64,000 nt of DNA from Candidatus Omnitrophota bacterium (GTDB taxonomy: Bacteria > Omnitrophota > Gorgyraeia > Zapsychrales > JANLHA01), in assembly GCA_023247795.1 (NCBI GenBank), contig JAHFFT010000001.1:2868-66867 (forward strand). Reading direction: 5' to 3'. This document shows, one piece after another, positions 8,896-16,018 of this stretch. The notes under the pieces are model-generated. The model was not told the origin of the DNA. It did no database searches and saw nothing but the letters and a program-made list of their open reading frames with translations. Within the stretch, counting starts at the first letter, position 1. Every line of letters starts with the position of its first letter. A program made the translations under genes and the position numbers.

Positions 8896-11400
8896 TTATG
8901 CCCCTCTATTCAATTCCCCCAAACCGTTTAAGGCTCCCAAATGTCCTGGAACAATTTCCAAGGCTTTCATAAATCTTTGCTTTGCCGCACTTTTATCGCC
9001 CTTCTTCAAATCACACCAACCCAACGCGGTATAAGGATCGGCATAAATATCCTGCTCTTTATGCAGCTCGAGAAGTTGATTAAAATATCCGGCTGCCTTA
9101 TCATAATTTTTAGTGTAAAAGTAACTCCAGCCTAAATTATTCAATACCACACTCCATTTCAACCATCCGTCTTCCTTCTCCGGTTTCTTCGATAAGAGCG
9201 GTTCCAGTCGATCAATCGCCCCCTTATAATCACCCTGGATAAAATAGATCGCTCCTAAACCTAAAGAAGCGCTTTCCGAGGTTGGCTCCTTCGCTAATAC
9301 TTTTGCAAATGATTCGGAAGCCTTCTTATAAATGCCCTGATAATAATAACTCCATCCTAACCGGCTATAAAGATCAAACCAGCCCTTTTCTGCGGCAAGG
9401 ATCTTTTGAAAATCCTCCGTCATTACATAATCCGGATAAATGTCGATGGCTTTCGCAAAGGCTTCTTTAGCAGGATCCAAGTTTTTAACTTGATACTGAC
9501 TTAACCCCAAACCATAATAAGGATCGACCCAATAGGGGTTGATATCAATGGCCATTTGAAAGCTTTCCGCGGCCTTAGCGTAATCTTTGATCTTATAAGA
9601 ACTCCAAGCTAAAGCGGTCAAGGCGGAATAATTTTTTGGGCTTTCTGCCACGGCTTTCTCTAAATATTCTTTAGCGCCGACATAATCTTTCCTTTGAAAT
9701 AAAATATTGCCTAAACCACTCAGGGCATCGAGATTTTTAGGATATTCCGCCAATAATTCTCGGAATTCTTTCTCCGCACTATCCTCTTCCCCTAAACGAT
9801 AGTAACACCAACCGATCCCTCCCCGCATGGCCAAGGCCTTATCTTGCGGAATATTTTTACCAGCATTTTGCAGGTCATATTTAAATTGCTTCAAGGCCGA
9901 AAAATAATCTCCTTGATAATAATAACTCCAGCCCAAATCGGTCCGCCCATATTTGGCTTGATCAACGGCCAGCAAACCATTTAAGGCATCCGCATAGCTT
10001 GGATTGAGAGCGAGCACGGCTTTAAATTCTGATTCCGCATCATCAACCTTTTTCAACATATAATACGACCATGCCAATCCATCATGCGGATCAATCCAAT
10101 TAGGCTGATTCGTAACCGCCTTTTTAAACTCTTGTGCTGCTTCACTGTATTGTCCCAGTTTATAATCCGCCCACGCCAGGCTTGACTGGGCATCGCTTTG
10201 CACTAAATAGCTGGCAATGGTCCCGGGGATTTGGACATATTCGCTCACCGCCGGTAAAGTCGGATTCTCCTTTAACGATTGCTTAAAATATTTTGCAGCA
10301 TCTTCAAATTGACCCAATTTATAAGCGGCATAACCCAAACCCCTTAAGGTTTCGCCATTCTTTCCTAAAACTTTAGAAGCCTCATCAAATTCTTGGGCCG
10401 CGAGTTGAAAATACCCTTGTTGATAATAACTCCATCCAACCACATTATAGAGATCTTGCCAATCCGTCTGAATTTTGAGAACATTCTTAAATTGTTCATC
10501 GGCGACAAAAGGATAAATGTTGATGGCCGTCGTAAAATACTCCTTTGCCTTCGGGAAATCCTTCAAATCAAAATACGTCCAGGCCAAACCTTTATAAGGT
10601 TCAACCAAATAGGGGTTCAATTGTCGGGCCTTCTCAAACTCTGCTTTTGCCCTCTCAAAATCAGATTTGCGATTATAAATCCACCCGATCTTGCTTTGCA
10701 CATCCGGTTGATAAGCTTGAACATCAAGCGCTTTCTGCAAAAAAACCAAGGCCTGATCAAAATCATTCATCTCAAAATACGAAAAACCTATTCCTTTGAT
10801 GGCATCAAAACTATCCTTTTGCAGACTCAACACTTGCTCAAAATTATGAATGGCTTCCTGGTATTGCTTGTTGAAATGATACGACCATGCCAATCCAGTG
10901 TGAACCCTCCACAATTCTATATTCGGTAAACGTCCACTGGTATCAGCAACAATGGCTTCAAAGATAGTAATCGCCTTGCTATAATTCCCGGCATAATAAT
11001 ATTGCCAAGCACGATTAAAAGGGCGATAACGCCAAGCACTCACTTCTGCCATCCCGTTCAGGGAACCGGGGAAATATGGATAAATTTGTAGACATTTTTT
11101 AAAATTCTCTTCCGCAGTAACAAATTCGCCTTTTTGTAAATAATTCCATCCTAACCCATCATAGGGATCACACCAATCCGTGTGCTCCTGAACTTCTTTC
11201 TGAAATACCCCAATCGCTTGATCATATTGTTTATCATAATAAAGATCCCAAGCCTCTTGGGAAACGGTGGGCTCTTCCTTTTTATTGTTTTCCTCAGCCA
11301 CGGCCTTTTGAACATTGATGAAAACATTGATCAAAACAAAGATCGTCACAACGACAAAACATAACATCGTTTTACAGCTCATTAATTTTTTTAAACGCAT
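8896..11400 (-). CDS. Large TPR-repeat protein with N-terminal signal/anchor
   Basis: 834 aa. Hydrophobic N-terminus MLCFVVVTIFVLINVFINVQKAVA, followed by about 20 repeats of the W/G-WxY...A...F.KAL...P TPR pattern. Confidence 0.8.
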   Translation of the reverse strand: MRLKKLMSCKTMLCFVVVTIFVLINVFINVQKAVAEENNKKEEPTVSQEAWDLYYDKQYDQAIGVFQKEVQEHTDWCDPYDGLGWNYLQKGEFVTAEENFKKCLQIYPYFPGSLNGMAEVSAWRYRPFNRAWQYYYAGNYSKAITIFEAIVADTSGRLPNIELWRVHTGLAWSYHFNKQYQEAIHNFEQVLSLQKDSFDAIKGIGFSYFEMNDFDQALVFLQKALDVQAYQPDVQSKIGWIYNRKSDFERAKAEFEKARQLNPYLVEPYKGLAWTYFDLKDFPKAKEYFTTAINIYPFVADEQFKNVLKIQTDWQDLYNVVGWSYYQQGYFQLAAQEFDEASKVLGKNGETLRGLGYAAYKLGQFEDAAKYFKQSLKENPTLPAVSEYVQIPGTIASYLVQSDAQSSLAWADYKLGQYSEAAQEFKKAVTNQPNWIDPHDGLAWSYYMLKKVDDAESEFKAVLALNPSYADALNGLLAVDQAKYGRTDLGWSYYYQGDYFSALKQFKYDLQNAGKNIPQDKALAMRGGIGWCYYRLGEEDSAEKEFRELLAEYPKNLDALSGLGNILFQRKDYVGAKEYLEKAVAESPKNYSALTALAWSSYKIKDYAKAAESFQMAIDINPYWVDPYYGLGLSQYQVKNLDPAKEAFAKAIDIYPDYVMTEDFQKILAAEKGWFDLYSRLGWSYYYQGIYKKASESFAKVLAKEPTSESASLGLGAIYFIQGDYKGAIDRLEPLLSKKPEKEDGWLKWSVVLNNLGWSYFYTKNYDKAAGYFNQLLELHKEQDIYADPYTALGWCDLKKGDKSAAKQRFMKALEIVPGHLGALNGLGELNRGA

Positions 11401-11489
11401 ACTCTCCTCCTATGTTAATCTAAATCTGTTAAATAACTGCTCAAAATAGTTATCCTTGACAACAATGATCGTACGGGAAGTTTTTGTTC

Positions 11490-12611
11490 TTATAAAGAAT
11501 TGGTCTTTTGATCGACTTGCTCAAGTCCGGTGAGAGAACTCTTATACGAAGGAGTAAGAGCTAAGGCTTTATTGAACATCACTCGAGCAGCTTTCATACG
11601 TCTACGACTCGTTTTATTTTTTCCTTTGGCGGTCTTATCATTATCCCAGTAAAGATACGACCAACCGATCTTATCGTAAATTTCAGCATTTCTTTCATAC
11701 TTCAAAGCCTGTTTATAAATCCCTATGGCTTCTTGATATCGCTTTAAAGAAAACAAGCAATCTGCCCATTTGATTCGGGCGTCATTCCATTGCGGCTTCA
11801 GCCGAGTGGCCATTCGAAACTCTTTTAAGGCCTTTCCAAAATCCTGACGGCTAAAATTAAGATAACCTAATGCCCGATGAGCTTCCGGCTCAGTTTTAAC
11901 ATGCACGCCCCTTTGATATCGCATCCCTTTAACTAAGGCCCGCTGGAGATATTTTTCGGCAATCTCAACTTCTCCCTTTCGAAAATAACACCAACCCAGA
12001 CCTGCATAGGCATCAGAAGAATTAGAATCTATACTCAACGCTTGTTCAAAATAGTTAATGGCTTGGGCCCAATCTGATTTTTTAAAATTTGCCCAACCTC
12101 TCCCGGTATAAGCATCAACGACCTTAGGATCCACTAAAACCAAATCGCCAAACGTTTTGCTGGCACTCTCATAATCACCTTTACCAAAATAGGCCCACCC
12201 TAGCAAAGTCAAGGCCTCTGAACTCAAGGGATTCTGTCTCACTGCTTTCTCAAAATATTCAATGGCTTTCTCGTGATTGTTAACCGATAAATAATACGAC
12301 CCTTCTGAGGCATAACCTTTGCCTCGACGATCTCCGGTGGAAGTAAAAATGGGTTCTTCTCCTACATTAACAACGGTCATCGCCATTTCAACGGGCTTTG
12401 TTCCTATTTCATAAAGTGACTTAAAAAGTTCCGGTACCTGCTTGACATTCGTCATAGACTTCGCAACATCAACCGGTAGCTTCGCGATTCCCACAACCTC
12501 CTCTTTGACCAGTTTCGGCACTTTTTTAACGGTGGCAGCACAGCCGGTCATCATTCCTCCAGCCAGCAGCAGGGTGATGAATTGCAAACATGGGTATGAG
12601 GAAATTTTCAT
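11490..12611 (-). CDS. TPR-repeat lipoprotein
   Basis: Lipobox-like LLLAGGMMTGC at the N-terminus. Multiple TPR units (GWAYFGKGDYESA, GWANFKKSDWAQA, GWCYFRKGEVEIA). Confidence 0.75.
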   Translation of the reverse strand: MKISSYPCLQFITLLLAGGMMTGCAATVKKVPKLVKEEVVGIAKLPVDVAKSMTNVKQVPELFKSLYEIGTKPVEMAMTVVNVGEEPIFTSTGDRRGKGYASEGSYYLSVNNHEKAIEYFEKAVRQNPLSSEALTLLGWAYFGKGDYESASKTFGDLVLVDPKVVDAYTGRGWANFKKSDWAQAINYFEQALSIDSNSSDAYAGLGWCYFRKGEVEIAEKYLQRALVKGMRYQRGVHVKTEPEAHRALGYLNFSRQDFGKALKEFRMATRLKPQWNDARIKWADCLFSLKRYQEAIGIYKQALKYERNAEIYDKIGWSYLYWDNDKTAKGKNKTSRRRMKAARVMFNKALALTPSYKSSLTGLEQVDQKTNSL

Positions 12612-12628
12612 CGTAAGCCGTTCCTTCT

Positions 12629-14227
12629 TTAAAACTCGATATCCAAACCAAATTCCACTTGATAGGCGCCATCGGCCTCGCCATCCCGTCGAGGAGTAGG
12701 CGCGAATATGTTATTGGCGGCAGTATCGGCGCGGGTTTCCTTATAATAATCTCCCGGGAAAAAATATCCTGACAAAATACTAAACTTTATGGCTTTGGTG
12801 ATTTGATAACTAGCAAAGACATCCAATTCCTGGCCCAAGTCTTTTGAAAAAGTTTTTAAATTCCCATTGCCATCCAGACCCCATCCCGGTTCTTTTGAAC
12901 GCAAATACCAATAATCCACGCCGATATACCATTTTTCAAGTGGGGTATAATCAAATCCAACGGTCGAAGCAATCAAATTTTCAAACATGAAAGGGTCACC
13001 AAAGGTCCCGGGACGAGCGACGCCAAAATTGACCGCGTATCCGCCTGCCATTGCCACATAAGGACCAAACTGTTTCTGATAATGCGTATCGGTTAAATTG
13101 GTGTTTAATGGGGAAAAAACACTGAAGGCCTCATTTTCATTACTGGTGAGGGTAAGTTCATTATAATTCTGCGCGTTGAATCGGTTACCGGAGGCCATAA
13201 AAAATTTCGTCTTCGGTTTGAACGCCCCCAAATCATAACTGGCATCCGCAACCAAAAGATAACCTTTATGTTCGATATCATTTTGTGCCGTGTTGATGGC
13301 CTTCGCCTTTCCCAAATTTTGGTCCCCTTCAAACCCAAGATTCAGACGGTCAAAATTCAGTTTTAAATAAGCCCCTGGTGTCACAAGATCTTCGTTTTTC
13401 ACACGGGTGCTGAATCGACTTGCACGCGCACCTTCTGGTGTTCGATCCCTCAGCCAGCCGGTATAAAGTTGTAACCGTTGTTTACCCAATTTGAATGTCG
13501 TATCCGCCGTATAAAAGTAAGCATTGGTGTCATTCCAATCATTGACCTTCTCATGATCAATGACTTTTCCTAAATGAATACGATTATTCAGATCTTCTTT
13601 TTCCCAGTGGACATTCCAATCGAGTGATTCATTAACTCCAGAAAGGGTTAGCCCATAATTTTCATATTTTCCACCCAAGGCAATGTTATGACCAAGATCG
13701 CGTCCGTAAGGATACAGACCAAATTTGAAATTGACATCTTTCGTTGAATTCACCGGAACTTCCAGCCAGGTTTCTCTTAATCGAGGATATAAATCTGAGT
13801 TTTGGTACCAATGATACCGTCCAAATAAAGAGTTGATGCCACGGCTCCCATAAAGCGGGGCATCATAATCGGCGCGCCCCCTTCTTTCTACAAAAGAATA
13901 AAACTCAAGGCCGGAAAGATGGCGGAGATCAAAAGTAAAGTCATAAGCTAACCCAAGATAACTGGTCTTATCATTGTTATTCGCTAAATCAAGATCAACC
14001 GTATTGTTCACTAAATTATAAGACGTACGCAGGTGCGCTCCGGAATGAAATTTCCAATTTGATTCATCCAATAAAAAAGGATGTTTCTCAACATCCAAAT
14101 CTTTAACGTCTTTAAAATAACTCTGAGCATATATAGAGGAAGGCAGGGCAAATAAGGAAAGGAAAATAAAAATATTGACGAAAGGCTGAAGGAAAACTTT
14201 TTTACTTTTTTTGTTTTTACAAGTCAT
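12629..14227 (-). CDS. Outer-membrane beta-barrel protein (porin/exporter-like)
   Basis: The ORF-track start at 14269 is TTG. ATG 14227 gives MTCKNKKSKKVFLQPFVNIFIFLSLFALPSSIYA (signal peptide). Alternating amphipathic strands run throughout, and the C-terminus is FGLDIEF (aromatic terminal residue typical of OMPs). Confidence 0.65.
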   Translation of the reverse strand: MTCKNKKSKKVFLQPFVNIFIFLSLFALPSSIYAQSYFKDVKDLDVEKHPFLLDESNWKFHSGAHLRTSYNLVNNTVDLDLANNNDKTSYLGLAYDFTFDLRHLSGLEFYSFVERRGRADYDAPLYGSRGINSLFGRYHWYQNSDLYPRLRETWLEVPVNSTKDVNFKFGLYPYGRDLGHNIALGGKYENYGLTLSGVNESLDWNVHWEKEDLNNRIHLGKVIDHEKVNDWNDTNAYFYTADTTFKLGKQRLQLYTGWLRDRTPEGARASRFSTRVKNEDLVTPGAYLKLNFDRLNLGFEGDQNLGKAKAINTAQNDIEHKGYLLVADASYDLGAFKPKTKFFMASGNRFNAQNYNELTLTSNENEAFSVFSPLNTNLTDTHYQKQFGPYVAMAGGYAVNFGVARPGTFGDPFMFENLIASTVGFDYTPLEKWYIGVDYWYLRSKEPGWGLDGNGNLKTFSKDLGQELDVFASYQITKAIKFSILSGYFFPGDYYKETRADTAANNIFAPTPRRDGEADGAYQVEFGLDIEF

Positions 14228-14407
14228 TCTCAAAGATTGTTGAGATTCAAATTTTATAACATCTCGCAAACATTTTTTATCCTAAGCATTTTTCGTTTCA
14301 ATTGCAAGTTTTTTTTAAATTTTTTGTGGGACAGGCCAAAAATCCCGGGTATCAGGGATAAAAGATGTTGCTGGTAAAAGTCGTAAATCCTTTTTCTCGT
14401 CGAATGT

Positions 14408-14437
14408 ATTATAAAAATTTTTACTCTCACATAGCAA
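14408..14437 (-). promoter_or_regulatory. Candidate sigma70-type promoter for the OMP/TPR operon
   Basis: The minus strand reads TTGCTA - 18 nt - TATAAT. The -35 element lies inside the palindrome CATAGCAAA-CGGA-TTTGCTATG (14430..14451). Confidence 0.3.
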
Positions 14438-14483
14438 ACGGATTTGCTATGTCCAAAAAATTTATCCTAGAAGTCGGCTGGAA

Positions 14484-14513
14484 GAATTCCTCGCAGCTAG
14501 CTGCGAGGAATTC
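14484..14513. repeat. Perfect 30-bp palindrome of the CCTCGCAG...CTGCGAGG family
   Basis: GAATTCCTCGCAGCTAGCTGCGAGGAATTC is its own reverse complement. Confidence 0.9.
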
Positions 14514-14580
14514 GCTCGAGTAAAAACTGAAGATCAGAGGTATCGTGGTTTAACAGCAAGGATAAAATTCAATACTTAAC

Positions 14581-14670
14581 TCAAGTCTCATGTCTCATCT
14601 CATATCGCAGGTCGCAAGTCATTTGTAACTTGCGACTTGGTACCTGGGACTTGTTACTTTGTCACTTCGC
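14581..14670. repeat. 3'-UTR repeat block: hairpin plus ACTTG/CAAGT heptad units
   Basis: GTCGCAAGT-CATTTGTA-ACTTGCGAC hairpin (14611..14636). ACTTG-type units at 14628, 14635, 14649, 14656 and 14663. The block lies directly after the stop at 14678. Confidence 0.6.
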
Positions 14671-14677
14671 CGTGATG

Positions 14678-15778
14678 TTAATTGGGTCGCGGACCATCAC
14701 TGCCAAGGCCGCCCGGCTGACCACCAACATGATTGGCGTTATTCAGACCCGCGCCGCCCAGACCAGGTCTTTGCGTACCCTGACTTGATAATACCCCAGG
14801 CTTCGGCATGACAGGACCGACAGGCCGATTGCCATTTAACTCTTGATGGCCGGCTCCTTGCCCTTCCATTTGGGGAGATTGGTCGGACTGCATATTCCGC
14901 ATTTGACCTTGTTCTTCTTGACTATGCTCTTGCATCGCTCCCTTCGGTGCTTCATGTTGTACTTTTATCCCTCGCATTTTCTCATACTCGCTTTTCATTT
15001 GTTCTCGACGATCTTGCTGCTCTTCATGAGACGCTTGCATTTTCTCTTGATGCTGCTCTTTCATTTCCTGCAGCTGTTCATGCTCAGCATCCATCTGCTC
15101 TCGATACTCCTGTTGCTCTTCACGAACCGCTTGCATTTTCTCTTGATGCTGCTCTTTCATTTCCTGCAGCTGTTCATGTTGCGCCTTCATTTCTTCTCGC
15201 TGTTGCTGAAATTGTTCTTTATAAGCCTCTGCGCGTTCCGAATTAGCTAACGGCGGTTTTTGGTTAGGCCCGCTTATCAGTGGTCTATTCATTTCGCCCA
15301 TTGAAGCATTGGGACGAGAACCTTCTTGCTGATCACCCATAGGGCCATTATCACGTTGCCCCATCTGATCAGGTTGATTCATTGGTTGCTGCGAACCTTG
15401 ACGGTCATTATCTGTTCGTGGACCAACCTGAGAATTGCCTTGTTCACCTTGCTGCGCACCCGATTGCGGACGATTTTGTTCTCCACCCATACGATTGCCC
15501 TGAGATCCACCCTGGCCTTGCATTCCCGATCCGTTGGGCCGATCGTTATTCATACCAGGATCTCCTCTTTGGCCTCCTGGACCGCCAGAACCACCAGGTC
15601 CACCTGCTCCGCCTTGACCACCTTGATGTCCAGCGTTCATACCCTGTCCCGGACCGCCATGTCCACCTGGACCTCCAGCTCCCGGACCACCACCCGGCCG
15701 CGGCCCTTGCTGGGCGAAAACCACACCCGAAAGCGCTAAGCAAAAAATTCCAATCAAAGCCATGATTCTCATTTTCAT
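14678..15778 (-). CDS. Secreted low-complexity G/P/Q/E/M/H-rich protein
   Basis: Signal peptide MKMRIMALIGIFCLALSGVVFAQQ. A good SD (AAGGAAAGG) precedes the ATG. Composition-biased throughout, with the internal repeat EQLQEMKEQHQEKMQA. Confidence 0.75.
   Translation of the reverse strand: MKMRIMALIGIFCLALSGVVFAQQGPRPGGGPGAGGPGGHGGPGQGMNAGHQGGQGGAGGPGGSGGPGGQRGDPGMNNDRPNGSGMQGQGGSQGNRMGGEQNRPQSGAQQGEQGNSQVGPRTDNDRQGSQQPMNQPDQMGQRDNGPMGDQQEGSRPNASMGEMNRPLISGPNQKPPLANSERAEAYKEQFQQQREEMKAQHEQLQEMKEQHQEKMQAVREEQQEYREQMDAEHEQLQEMKEQHQEKMQASHEEQQDRREQMKSEYEKMRGIKVQHEAPKGAMQEHSQEEQGQMRNMQSDQSPQMEGQGAGHQELNGNRPVGPVMPKPGVLSSQGTQRPGLGGAGLNNANHVGGQPGGLGSDGPRPN
15032..15178. repeat. Intragenic direct repeat (51 bp identical, 96-bp period)
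   Basis: 15032..15082 and 15128..15178 both read CGCTTGCATTTTCTCTTGATGCTGCTCTTTCATTTCCTGCAGCTGTTCATG. Confidence 0.9.
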
Positions 15779-15816
15779 TGTTTGTTCCTTTCCTTAATAT
15801 TAAACGCCTGTTCAAT

Positions 15817-15845
15817 AAAAAAACCTATTCCCCAAAGAGAATAGG
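15817..15845 (-). terminator. Intrinsic terminator (riboswitch expression platform)
   Basis: Minus-strand RNA is CCUAUUC-UCUUUGGG-GAAUAGG followed by U7. It lies between the aptamer and the SD/ATG of 14678..15778. Confidence 0.75.
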
Positions 15846-15859
15846 CTTAATTCAAAACA

Positions 15860-15945
15860 CTTGATTCGGTAATCAGGCTATCCTCTCTTAAAGGACCCTT
15901 GACTTTGCGCCCCACTGTTACCAGTGGTTTGCCTTTTCGTCAGAC
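15860..15945 (-). promoter_or_regulatory. c-di-GMP-I (GEMM-I) riboswitch aptamer
   Basis: Minus-strand RNA is ACGAAAAGGCAAACCACUG-GUAA-CAGUGGGGCGCAAAGUCAAGGGUCC...GGAUAGCCUGAUUACCGAA. This carries the GGCAAACC / GNRA-capped hairpin / GCGCAAAG / UUACCGA core of GEMM-I. Confidence 0.8.
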
Positions 15946-16018
15946 CCGCGAATTGTTAAAGAACATTTTAAATATAAAATATTTTGCCGGTAAAAATCAA
16001 GTGACAAAAAAATATTTC

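Noticed and set aside
10393-10929. 178-aa plus-strand ORF inside the 834-aa TPR gene, together with 10545..10799 and 11182..11364
   Set aside because: They are antisense shadows of a long, repeat-structured, well-supported minus-strand gene, and their translations are low-complexity.
14581-14670. Possible CRISPR array or CRISPR-like repeats (heptad arrays and hairpins here and at 22451..22498 and 50065..50092)
   Set aside because: The units are only 7 nt with no spacers of CRISPR size, each array is under 50 nt, and no cas genes are present.
14843-15815. Several 89-137-aa ORFs overlapping the low-complexity gene on both strands
   Set aside because: The biased, repetitive codon content keeps alternative frames open. 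Only the 14678..15778 frame has an SD, an ATG and a signal peptide.
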